Below are positions 49,095-58,080 of a DNA stretch of 64,000 nucleotides, one piece after another. The translations under genes were made by a program, and so were the position numbers. The DNA is from Oceanispirochaeta sp. Lineage in GTDB: Bacteria; Spirochaetota; Spirochaetia; DSM-2461. The stretch covers positions 1,376,001 through 1,440,000 of the forward strand of contig CAXXXD010000002.1 of the NCBI GenBank assembly GCA_963663385.2. The letters are read 5' to 3'. Positions within the stretch are counted from its first letter, which is position 1. Every line of letters starts with the position of its first letter. The notes beneath the pieces were generated by a model. It ran no database searches and was not told where the DNA came from. It saw only the letters and a list, made by a program, of their open reading frames with translations.

Positions 49095-49251
49095 ATGAAA
49101 GAGCTTTCATTGGTATATCATAAGTCTTTTATTCAAATTCTGTCAATGAAATTGTTTCTCAAATGATTGTAACGGGATTTTTTCTGAAGTTTTTCGGGTT
49201 TTAAGCAGTTTTTTTATCCATAAACAGTGTTAATTATTGAAAGATCTTTCA
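49095..49251. promoter_or_regulatory. Two LacI-type operators
   Basis: ATGAAAGAGCTTTCAT (49095-49110) and perfect palindrome TGAAAGATCTTTCA (49238-49251). Confidence 0.6.
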
Positions 49252-49263
49252 TGAGGGGTCATA

Positions 49264-49291
49264 ATAAAAGGCTCCCCATCAGGAGAGCCTT
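49264..49291 (-). terminator. Intrinsic terminator after ygeY
   Basis: Minus strand AAGGCTCTCC-TGAT-GGGGAGCCTT followed by TTAT. Confidence 0.7.
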
Positions 49292-49311
49292 AATTATAAA
49301 TCGGAAAAATC

Positions 49312-50517
49312 TTATTTCAGTTTATAGGGGAGCATGGCATAAAATGCCGCACAGATTTCAAGGTCATCAATCCGGCACTTTTCATTGGGAGCATGGGCTT
49401 CTTTTTCATCTCCCGGACCGAATCCGATCATGGGAATCTTATGGCGGCCGCAGATGGCGACACCGTTTGTAGAGAAGGTCCACTTATCCACAACCGGATC
49501 CTTTCCGTAAAGGTCGTTATAGGCTGCAACCCCGCTTTCTACAAGTTCATGGTTCCTCTCTATTTTCCATGTGGGGAAATAGAGTTCCTGTGAATAATCC
49601 GTATTCTTCCAGCCTCTTTTTTCATAATCGGGCATGGTTACGGATTCAGGCTCCTCTCCCAGTGCTTCGGTGATGTATTTTTTAACCTGACGGATTGCCA
49701 GGTCCGCATCCTCACCCCAGGTAAGCCGACGGTCAAGGTAGAGCATCGCCTGATCGGGAACAGCACACTGGGAAGGGCCGCTGACTTTCATTTCAGAAAC
49801 AACAATCGTTCCTTTCCCAAGGAATCTATCATCATCGGGCTGAAGATCTGCGTTAAGTTTTTCCATGGCAAGAGCCGCTTTGGCTGCCTTGTATGCGGCA
49901 CTGTCCCCTCTTTCAGGGGCGGAACCATGGCTGGAAATTCCCTTGATTTTAACAACCATTTCCATCCTTCCGCGATGTCCTCTGTAAAGCTGGCAGCTGG
50001 TGGGTTCTGTAGAAACAGCGAAATCGGGAACCAGTTTCTCTTCTTCGATCAGGTATTTCCAGCACATGCCGTCACAGTCTTCCTCCATAACAGTGAAAGT
50101 AAAGTAAACAGAGTATTCTCCATCATACCCAAGGTCCTTGAGGATACGTCCCGCTGTAATCATGGAGGCGGCGCCGCCTTCCTGGTCGGATGTTCCCCGT
50201 CCCCAGACGTAGGTTTCGTCAATCTCTCCGGAAAAGGGATCCTTTTCCCAGTTGTCAGGGTTTCCGACAGTAACCGTATCGATATGGGCATCAAAGGCAA
50301 TTTTTTTCGGTCCGTTTCCGATACGGGCTACAACACTGCCCAAACCGTCAATCCTTACTTCATCAAAACCGGCTTCCTCGCAGAGTTCTACAATTTTCCG
50401 GCAGACATTCTCTTCTTCCCCGCTGTAGGAAGGAATTTTAACCATTTGGGAAAGTACATCTGCTGCGTACTGCTTGTATTCAGCTGCTTTCTCTCTAATC
50501 TGTTTCTCTATAGACAT
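49312..50517 (-). CDS. ygeY: YgeY-family M20 metallohydrolase
   Basis: FDAHIDTV, GRGTSDQEGG, EEDCDG, TEPT, YRGHRGRME, HGSAPERGD and WTFSTNG motifs. Confidence 0.92.
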   Translation of the reverse strand: MSIEKQIREKAAEYKQYAADVLSQMVKIPSYSGEEENVCRKIVELCEEAGFDEVRIDGLGSVVARIGNGPKKIAFDAHIDTVTVGNPDNWEKDPFSGEIDETYVWGRGTSDQEGGAASMITAGRILKDLGYDGEYSVYFTFTVMEEDCDGMCWKYLIEEEKLVPDFAVSTEPTSCQLYRGHRGRMEMVVKIKGISSHGSAPERGDSAAYKAAKAALAMEKLNADLQPDDDRFLGKGTIVVSEMKVSGPSQCAVPDQAMLYLDRRLTWGEDADLAIRQVKKYITEALGEEPESVTMPDYEKRGWKNTDYSQELYFPTWKIERNHELVESGVAAYNDLYGKDPVVDKWTFSTNGVAICGRHKIPMIGFGPGDEKEAHAPNEKCRIDDLEICAAFYAMLPYKLK

Positions 50518-50578
50518 AGTTTTTTCTCCTTAGGATTATACCCTTTTACCGGGGCAATCCTGTATTTTTAGACAATTA

Positions 50579-51907
50579 TTAATCCGAAAGATTATCCATA
50601 CATTTCCAGAGACGGGCGGCCTGTTCCCGGGCCTCCTCGTAAATTCCTGCTGTTTCAAAGGGAAACTCACGATCTTTCAATACGACATTTCCGTTAATCA
50701 CAACAGATCTGACTGATGTGGCAGACTGTCCGAACGCAATATGACCGGCAATGTTTTCGGCACGCAGGGGGGTTGGGGCGTTATAGTCCGATACGACCAG
50801 ATCCGCCTTGAACCCTTTTTCAATTTTCCCGAAACGGTCTTCGAAATTCCTTTCCAGAAGGGTATTCCCGCTGTGGAGGAACTGCATCAGATCGCCCGGC
50901 CAGAGCGGTCCGCCGGCATCTCTGTGTTTGAAGAAGGCAAATTTGAATTCTTCCCACATATCCGTACCGATCCCGTCTGTTCCGAAGGCTACATTTTTAA
51001 CATCACTCAAATGACTTTGAACACCCACATTGTTATTCATATTGGAACGGAAGTTTACAACCAGAAAGCTGTTCCTTTCATTCAGGATCTGCCTGTCCCT
51101 GTCGGACAGGTATAATCCATGGGCGATCAGAGCTTTACTGTTCATCAAACCCATATCATCCAGCCGCTCCAGAAGATCTTTTCCGTAGAAGTGGTGCGAC
51201 CAGGATGCGTCGTATTTATCTTCCGCCACATGGATATGAAATCCTCTACCCGTCTGTTCTACCGCTTCAGCCAGCTGCTTCAGTCCCCGGTCGGGAATAG
51301 TGAAAGGCGCATGGCCGCCGATATGTGCTTCAAAAAGACCGGACCAGCTGCCATTCGCTTTCTCTTCGTCAATCTCACGGGCAAAACGGATATTTTCGGC
51401 AATCCCCGATTCCATCTCTTCTATGCTGTTGCGATCGGATGTTTCAAAACAGGTCATACCCCGCAGTCCCACCTGTTCAAAGCTCTCTTTCAGTACGCTG
51501 AGAGAGCCGTCAATAAAGGACGGGGACGCATGGTGATCAATTACCGAGGTTGTTCCGTTGCGGACGGCGTCAAGGCAGCATATCAGTCCGCTGCTCTTCA
51601 GACTGTCCCTGTCCAGAGCCCTGTCCAGTCTCCACCAGAGATTCTTCAGGGTGGAGATAAAATCGGGAGAAGGTTTGATATCCGCCATGATTCCCCGGGC
51701 CAGACCGGAATAGAAGTGGTTGTGGCTGCAGACAAGCCCGGGATGGACAATCGCCCCTTTTACATCCCAGACTTCATCCGCATTCATACCGTCCGCCGCT
51801 CCGGGACCGGCAGCCACAATCAGATCTTTGTCAACAACAATATCCCAGCCGTTGTGAACTTCGGCAGGCTGAAAATTTACAACAGTAGCATTTTTAATTA
51901 TCAGCAT
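50579..51907 (-). CDS. ssnA: SsnA-family amidohydrolase
   Basis: CSHNHFYSGLARG, LWWRLDRALD, DHHASP, HAPFT, HIHVAE, SNMNN and GTDG motifs. Confidence 0.92.
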   Translation of the reverse strand: MLIIKNATVVNFQPAEVHNGWDIVVDKDLIVAAGPGAADGMNADEVWDVKGAIVHPGLVCSHNHFYSGLARGIMADIKPSPDFISTLKNLWWRLDRALDRDSLKSSGLICCLDAVRNGTTSVIDHHASPSFIDGSLSVLKESFEQVGLRGMTCFETSDRNSIEEMESGIAENIRFAREIDEEKANGSWSGLFEAHIGGHAPFTIPDRGLKQLAEAVEQTGRGFHIHVAEDKYDASWSHHFYGKDLLERLDDMGLMNSKALIAHGLYLSDRDRQILNERNSFLVVNFRSNMNNNVGVQSHLSDVKNVAFGTDGIGTDMWEEFKFAFFKHRDAGGPLWPGDLMQFLHSGNTLLERNFEDRFGKIEKGFKADLVVSDYNAPTPLRAENIAGHIAFGQSATSVRSVVINGNVVLKDREFPFETAGIYEEAREQAARLWKCMDNLSD

Positions 51908-51920
51908 GGAATTCCTCCTG

Positions 51921-54900
51921 TTACTTGTCAACACTGCCTGTGTACCAGGGGTACTCGGTCAGTACTTTACTGATAACGGCAGCCGTTTTAACACCTTCTG
52001 TTCCATCCGGAACAGGTCCTGTCAGTTTTCCCTTGCTCCAGTTTAGGTTGAACACTTTACCGCTCAGACGAAGCAGCACATCCTCGCCATTCACAAAAAA
52101 TCCCCTGTTTTCACTGTTTTCAAAATCCTCTTTCAGACTGAATACAGTAATTTTGTCTTTGTAGGGTCTTCCCTCCCAGGGGCAGAAACGGGCACAGTTG
52201 CCGCATTCGTTGCAGTAGGCATCCACATGGAGAATCTGGGTCTCCTGATTAAAAACATCCTTTCCCGTCTGTATAACGACATTGGCCCGGTTGGGGCAGA
52301 CATCGACGCATTTATTGCAGATTGTACTGCACTGCAGGCAGCGGGAGGCTTCCTCTTTTGCCCAGGCTGCAAAATCATCCCGAAGGTTAGAGCCGGAAGC
52401 CTTTATCACACTTTTTCTGGACCTGAGGTCACGGGTCTCTTCGTCGGATAATTTTTCTGTCTCCGCCGGGGGGAGTGTTACTCCTTTTTCGCCCAGAATG
52501 TGGTTCACAGCTTTGCGGGCGCTTCCCATGGCTCCTACGATTGACAGGGGTCCGGTCAGGGCGTCTCCGCAAATGTATACGCCGGGCAGTTCGGTTTCGT
52601 TGGTTTCGGAATTGACATCAACCCATTTACCGGGAACAGGGAGTCCCATTGTCTTCAGAGCATCCCTGTCAACTGTTTCTCCGATTGCGGTAATCAGGGT
52701 ATCAACGGGGAACTCTTCCACTTCCTCGGTGGCTACAGGCCGCCTGCGGCCGGATTCATCCGCTTCGCCCAGGGTCATAACGGTGCAGCTCATTTTGCCG
52801 TTTCCGGTAAATTCGGCTGGATTCCTTAAAAAATAGAAACTGATTCCTTCCGCAAGGGCATCGTAATACTCTTCTCTGTCGGCAGGCATTTCGTTCAGGG
52901 TCCTTCTGTAGATAACCCGAACCTCTTTTACCCCCGGCAGCCTCTTTGCGGAGCGCGCGCTGTCCATGGCTGTGTTTCCGCCGCCGACAACGGCTACGTA
53001 CTCTCCGATATCCGTTTTTTCAGGCCGGGTTCTGAAGGCATTCAGGAAGTCCAGCGATGTCATTACATTGCCGCCGGGCAGGTTCAGTTTATTATCCTTT
53101 TCCGCTCCAATTCCGATGATAACCTTATCAAAACCTTTTTTCTTAAGGTTTTCAACAGTCGCATCTTTTACACCAAAGCGAAAATTTACGCCGTGGGCGC
53201 GGATAAACTCCAGGTCTTTCTCAATTTCCTCTGCGGGCATTCTGAAAGAGGGGAGAACATGGCTGATAACCCCGCCGGGTTTCTCTTCTTTTTCAAAGAC
53301 CGTGACCTGTGCTCCTCCGCGGCGGAGAAAATAGGCAGCCGCCAGACCGGCGGGGCCGGCTCCGATAACCGCAACATTTACAGCCGTGTCCGAGGAGGGG
53401 GAGCTGAACGCTTCGATATACTCCCTCCATCCCTGTTGAGCCGCGATTTTTTTCATATCCCGAATCTTAACGGAACCTTCGTAATCAAGACGGGTACAGT
53501 TGTACTGGCATTTATGATCGCAGATCCAGCCCGTAATAAAGGGGAGGGGGTTTTTATTGTAGATTACATCAAGAGCCTCTGCATAGCGGCCCTGTCCGAC
53601 CAGTCTCAGGTATTCCGGAACATCCTGATGAATGGCGCAGGCCGTTTGACAGGGAGCAACCGCACAGTCGTAAAGGGGCAGAGCCTCTCCGGTGCTGATT
53701 ACATCAATCCCCCGCCACTCTTTTTTGTATTCCGGGGCATTCAGCGCCTTGTGGACCAGTTTTTCCAGGGCGTCAATATCGATTCCCTTTCTGTTCCAGT
53801 CCGCAATATTTCCGGCTTTTTCAATTGCCCTGGACATCCGTCCGTATCCGCCGGGTTTCAGCATATCCGTTGCCATGGTGACCGGCCGGATGCCTGCTGC
53901 AAGGAGGTCCTCCATATTCAGGGAGCTGGCGCCGCCGGAAAAGGATATGGGCAGGTCTCCGTTAAACTCTTTGCTCAGTTTGAGGGCAACCTGAATGGAT
54001 ATGGGGAAGAGAGCTCTTCCGGACATATACATTTCCTCTCCGGGGAGAATATTTTTATTGTTCACCGAGCCCAGGGTATTGGTCAGTTTTACCCCAAAGG
54101 TTAATCCCTGTTCCGAAGCCAGTTTCCTGAGACGTTTCAGCATACTGACAGCATCTGGGTACTGCAGATCGTGATCAAAACTCTCCTGTTTCAGTCCCAC
54201 ATAGTCAAATCCCAGCTGATCCAGGGTAGATCTGACACCATTAAAGGTGAGCAGGGTCGGGTTCAGTTTGACAAAAGTGTGGATCTTTTTCTCTGTTAAG
54301 AGGTAAACCGCTATCTTTTCGATCTCATCCGGAGGACAGCCATGCATGGTGCTGAGTGTTACGGAGCGGCAGATCCGGGGGGAGATCCTGTCCGCCAGAG
54401 CTTTCAGGTTCTGTCTCTTTTCTTCCAGTCCGCTGCCTTTCAGGAAGTCCTTATCCTCAGCCAGTTTCTTCAGTTCCTCTCTGTAAGCGGAAAAGCGCTC
54501 TTCCCCGGAACTGTCGATCAGACGGCCTATAAACTCATCCATCCTGGGATTCTGAATCCCCTTCAGGTCATAGCCGACACTCATATTGAAAATAAACTGT
54601 TTGTCCCTATGATCTTCAAAAAGGGTCTCCGCCATATGACAGAGAAACCAGGCTTTCAGGTACTCGTCATAAGCCTTGTCCAGAGTGTATTCGGTAGACC
54701 ACTCGGTATTGAATCCTTCATCTTCCGCGTCAATACAGGGCTTTTCTATTTCCAGTGTATCCATGATCTGTACGGTTTTCAGTTCAAAGAACCTGGCGCC
54801 TGCCGCCCAGGACGTTACAATGTTCTGGGCAAGCTGGGTATGAGGACCCGCCGCCGGGCCGACAGGGGCGGCAGCGGATTCTCCAAACAGGTTCATGGGA

Positions 54901-55028
54901 TCATGGCTTTGTTTTTTCGGTCCCGACAGCTCCGGGGAGAAGCTGAAAATGCTTTTATTCAGGCTGTACTCCGAAAAAAATCTTTCAACCAGTTCGTTAA
55001 ACGGAACCGGTCTCATTAAATCGCTCAT
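51921..55028 (-). CDS. ygfK: YgfK Fe-S flavoprotein oxidoreductase
   Basis: GPAAGPHTQLAQN, ELKTVQ, KPCID, STMHGCPP.EIE, GVKLTNT, MYMSGR, GAGPAG and GGGNTAMD motifs; C-terminal ferredoxin Cys clusters. Confidence 0.93.
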   Translation of the reverse strand: MSDLMRPVPFNELVERFFSEYSLNKSIFSFSPELSGPKKQSHDPMNLFGESAAAPVGPAAGPHTQLAQNIVTSWAAGARFFELKTVQIMDTLEIEKPCIDAEDEGFNTEWSTEYTLDKAYDEYLKAWFLCHMAETLFEDHRDKQFIFNMSVGYDLKGIQNPRMDEFIGRLIDSSGEERFSAYREELKKLAEDKDFLKGSGLEEKRQNLKALADRISPRICRSVTLSTMHGCPPDEIEKIAVYLLTEKKIHTFVKLNPTLLTFNGVRSTLDQLGFDYVGLKQESFDHDLQYPDAVSMLKRLRKLASEQGLTFGVKLTNTLGSVNNKNILPGEEMYMSGRALFPISIQVALKLSKEFNGDLPISFSGGASSLNMEDLLAAGIRPVTMATDMLKPGGYGRMSRAIEKAGNIADWNRKGIDIDALEKLVHKALNAPEYKKEWRGIDVISTGEALPLYDCAVAPCQTACAIHQDVPEYLRLVGQGRYAEALDVIYNKNPLPFITGWICDHKCQYNCTRLDYEGSVKIRDMKKIAAQQGWREYIEAFSSPSSDTAVNVAVIGAGPAGLAAAYFLRRGGAQVTVFEKEEKPGGVISHVLPSFRMPAEEIEKDLEFIRAHGVNFRFGVKDATVENLKKKGFDKVIIGIGAEKDNKLNLPGGNVMTSLDFLNAFRTRPEKTDIGEYVAVVGGGNTAMDSARSAKRLPGVKEVRVIYRRTLNEMPADREEYYDALAEGISFYFLRNPAEFTGNGKMSCTVMTLGEADESGRRRPVATEEVEEFPVDTLITAIGETVDRDALKTMGLPVPGKWVDVNSETNETELPGVYICGDALTGPLSIVGAMGSARKAVNHILGEKGVTLPPAETEKLSDEETRDLRSRKSVIKASGSNLRDDFAAWAKEEASRCLQCSTICNKCVDVCPNRANVVIQTGKDVFNQETQILHVDAYCNECGNCARFCPWEGRPYKDKITVFSLKEDFENSENRGFFVNGEDVLLRLSGKVFNLNWSKGKLTGPVPDGTEGVKTAAVISKVLTEYPWYTGSVDK

Positions 55029-55042
55029 AATTCCCTCCTGTT

Positions 55043-56503
55043 TCAGGCTTTGTCTATCATTTCGTTGAATTCCGTGATGATTTCATCGATCTCTCCGGCC
55101 TGTTCCATTGTGCTGTTCCAGTAGTTGTCGTGGTCGTACCACTGTTCGTTCAGTTCGGACAGTTCCCGTTCCTGCTGTTCAATCCAGGTAAAGTATTTCA
55201 GGTTATGAACAGCCTTTTTATCGTAGTAGGTCAGTTCCTTGATATGATCGATAGTCTGTCCCATAAGGAGTTCCATGTCTCTTTCCGCATCTGCCTGGGT
55301 ATAGGCTCCTCTCTCATCCGCCAGTTCCTGAACACGGGATCCGTACAGTTCCATAGAGTCTGTCGCAATGGTTACAACGTAATCGGATTCGGTCAGTTCA
55401 TTGTATTTGGCGAACTTGATGGCAGCCAGAACATTAGCCACACCGGAGATACCCAGGAGGTCCAGGCTGTCTACCAGATCCGCAGAGACTCCAGCCGCTT
55501 TCAGGGTGTCCCGTCCGATTTTTTCGTTGAACATACGGATCAGTCTCATGGAGTGTTCATCATCGATCGCCGTGATGAAATCGGTGTCTTTACAGTCGTG
55601 TACCCAGGGAACATGTTTGTCTCCGATTCCTTCGATTCTGTGTCCGCCGAAACCGTTCTGGAGAAGGGTGGGGCACTGAAGGGCTTCAGCCACATTGATT
55701 TTCATCTGGGGGAATTTCTTCTTCAGGTAGTATCCGGCCGCCAGTGTTCCTCCGGATCCTGATGAAGAGATATAACCGGCCATTTTATCGCCCTCTTTCA
55801 TGTAATACCCCAGTGTTTCCTCTACGGCTGAACCGGTTACATTGTAGTGCCACAGGGGGTTGCCCATTTCATCAAACTGGTTAAAGATCCTCAGGTCCTG
55901 TCCGGACTTTCTCAGTTCCCAGCATTTGTCAAAAATCTCTTTGACATTGGATTCACAGCCAGGTGTGGCGATGACTTCGCCGGCTACTGTTTTCAGCCAT
56001 TCGAATCTCTCCTGGGACATCTCTTCGGGCAGGATGGCAATGGCTTCACAGGCCAGGAGAGAGGAAATATAGGCACCGCCGCGGCAGTAGTTACCTGTAG
56101 AGGGCCATACGGCTTTCGTCTTTTTGGGGTCGAACTGACCAGTTGTCAGTCGGGGTGCCAGACAACCGTAGGTTGCTCCTACTTTATGGGCACCCGTGGG
56201 AAACCATTTTCCGATGAGTACTATAATTTTTGCATTTGTTCCTGTCAGTTCCGGGGGCAGGACGATATGGTTTACTTTGCCAAACTGACCGCCTGACTCT
56301 TTAGGCTGGTTCTTCCATGTAATTCTGAAAAGGTTGACAGGATCGATATCCCAAAGACCGGTCTCGCTCAATTTCTTCTTGATATCTTCCGGTACAAGTT
56401 CAGGATTCTTCATCATTTCATAGGTGGGAAGTTTAATCCCTTTTTCCTTGCAGTAAGCCGCATTCTCTTTCTGTTTGTCCTTGTTAACTGTAAAATCAAT
56501 CAT
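55043..56503 (-). CDS. PLP-dependent fold-type II enzyme of unknown function (cysteine-synthase/TrpB superfamily)
   Basis: FPTGAHKVGA (PLP Lys), PSTGNY, GSGGT and HRIEGIGD motifs. Confidence 0.8.
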   Translation of the reverse strand: MIDFTVNKDKQKENAAYCKEKGIKLPTYEMMKNPELVPEDIKKKLSETGLWDIDPVNLFRITWKNQPKESGGQFGKVNHIVLPPELTGTNAKIIVLIGKWFPTGAHKVGATYGCLAPRLTTGQFDPKKTKAVWPSTGNYCRGGAYISSLLACEAIAILPEEMSQERFEWLKTVAGEVIATPGCESNVKEIFDKCWELRKSGQDLRIFNQFDEMGNPLWHYNVTGSAVEETLGYYMKEGDKMAGYISSSGSGGTLAAGYYLKKKFPQMKINVAEALQCPTLLQNGFGGHRIEGIGDKHVPWVHDCKDTDFITAIDDEHSMRLIRMFNEKIGRDTLKAAGVSADLVDSLDLLGISGVANVLAAIKFAKYNELTESDYVVTIATDSMELYGSRVQELADERGAYTQADAERDMELLMGQTIDHIKELTYYDKKAVHNLKYFTWIEQQERELSELNEQWYDHDNYWNSTMEQAGEIDEIITEFNEMIDKA

Positions 56504-57696
56504 TCTTTTCCCCTTATCTCTTGAATGGTATTTATAGATTTTTCCGGCATATCAATTCCCTTAAGGGCTGTCGCCGTATCTTTAAGTCCGTTTCCCGTTG
56601 CCATTACAACAATCGTTTCATCTTTATTTATAGTATGGTGCATTTTTCGGAGACCTGCCCAGGCGGCTGCTCCGGCCGGTTCCGTGAACAGCCCCGCTGT
56701 GCGGGACAGGTGCGCCTGTGCTTCAATAATCTGTTCGTCCGTAACGGTAATTACCTCTCCGTCAAACTCCTGAAGGTATCTAAGCGCTGTATAGCCGTTC
56801 CGCGGGATATCTACGGAGATGGAATCTGCTACTGTTATACTGGTCTTGAAATCAAAGCTGCCATTTTTCCAGGCTCTGAACAAGGCGTTGCTCCCCTCAG
56901 CCTGAACCGCAGTGATTTTTGGCATCTTCTTGATCAGACCGTACTGAAGGAGGTCCTTGAATCCTTTATAGACGCCTCCCAGGATACACCCGTCACCGGT
57001 GGGTACAATAACCCTGTCAGGCGCTCTGTCTCCCAGTTCGCTGAACATATCCAGGGATACCGTCTTTTTTCCTTCCATGGTCATGGGATTCCAGGCTGTA
57101 TTTCTGTTCATCCCTCCGTATTCCCGGGAGTACTCCAGTGAAAGGTCGTATGCCTTGTCATAGTTTCCCGCAACCTTATAGAGTGTCGCTCCATAGTGCA
57201 GAGCCTGGATCAATTTGGCCGGAGGGGCTGTCTCCGGAAGGAACAGGACGATATCCTGCCCTGCCGCGGCTCCGATACCGGACATGGACGAGCCGGCATT
57301 TCCCGTTGAGGCCAGGACAATGGTGTTAATGCCGCACTGTCTGGCATAGGCAGAAACAAGAACTGAAGCCCGGTCTTTAAAAGAGCCTGTTGGATTACAG
57401 CCGTCATTCATAATAAACAGACCGGGGAGATTCATCTCCTCCCTCACTCCGGGAGGCTGCCACATTTCTCCTTTTACCCGTGGGAGGGCGGGAAAGTATT
57501 CAACAGGAACAGGAAGCATGCTGAGGGATAGAATCCCGGATGAAGGCAGAGACCCTGTTAATCTTACCTCCAGCACCCCGCGAAGGGGTTCATCTGCTTT
57601 CTGATTCTTCCGGCAGTCCGGACATGTCGTCAGTTTCGGGTCCAGATCGAAATAAGCCCCGCATTCGCTGCATTGGTATTTGAAATTCATTCGCAA
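56500..57696 (-). CDS. Threonine-synthase-like PLP enzyme with N-terminal Zn ribbon
   Basis: CSEC..CPDC, NPTGSFKDRAS, ASTGNAG, EGKKT, VPTGDG, EPAGAA and TGNGLKD motifs. Confidence 0.85.
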   Translation of the reverse strand: MRMNFKYQCSECGAYFDLDPKLTTCPDCRKNQKADEPLRGVLEVRLTGSLPSSGILSLSMLPVPVEYFPALPRVKGEMWQPPGVREEMNLPGLFIMNDGCNPTGSFKDRASVLVSAYARQCGINTIVLASTGNAGSSMSGIGAAAGQDIVLFLPETAPPAKLIQALHYGATLYKVAGNYDKAYDLSLEYSREYGGMNRNTAWNPMTMEGKKTVSLDMFSELGDRAPDRVIVPTGDGCILGGVYKGFKDLLQYGLIKKMPKITAVQAEGSNALFRAWKNGSFDFKTSITVADSISVDIPRNGYTALRYLQEFDGEVITVTDEQIIEAQAHLSRTAGLFTEPAGAAAWAGLRKMHHTINKDETIVVMATGNGLKDTATALKGIDMPEKSINTIQEIRGKE

Positions 57697-57786
57697 TCCT
57701 TTTCCTGATTAACTGTTCAGTTGAACCAAGGAACATGAAGTTGTATCAACTATTGTAACAGGTTACAGCCAGATGAAAAGCTTTAT

Positions 57787-57823
57787 TACTAATTTTTTTG
57801 TAAAATTTACAATTATTTTGTAA
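57787..57823. promoter_or_regulatory. Putative tandem operator, same motif as 37044-37080
   Basis: Perfect TTACAA-TTATT-TTGTAA at 57807-57823; weaker copy TACTAA-TTTTT-TTGTAA 20 bp upstream. Confidence 0.55.
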
Positions 57824-57909
57824 GTGGGGGAGTGCATTTACCTATAATTTCCCAAAGGATGAGTTGTTTTTTTCTTTACAATTCAGAGCCTTTTAAGAAT
57901 AATAGGCAC

Positions 57910-57976
57910 AGGCGCCCTCCTGTTTTGTGTTCTTTCTTTGCAGCGGTTGTTAACCGGTGTAAAGAAGGGGGCGCCT
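57910..57976. other. Long intergenic stem-loop of unknown role
   Basis: AGGCGCCCTC...TTCTTTGCA-GCGGTT-GTT-AACCG-G-TGTAAAGAA-GGGGGCGCCT. Confidence 0.45.
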
Positions 57977-58080
57977 TTGGACTTGAAGAATTGCTTTAAA
58001 AGTATATAGTATATGTGATGAGTAAAAGAATTATGTTAAACTCAAAGATTGATGCTTTTCAAATGGATAGATAATACCGC

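Noticed and set aside
49312..57696. Selenocysteine recoding or a true selenate reductase
   Set aside because: The ORFs are full length with no in-frame TGA; the selenate label is a legacy annotation of YgfK.
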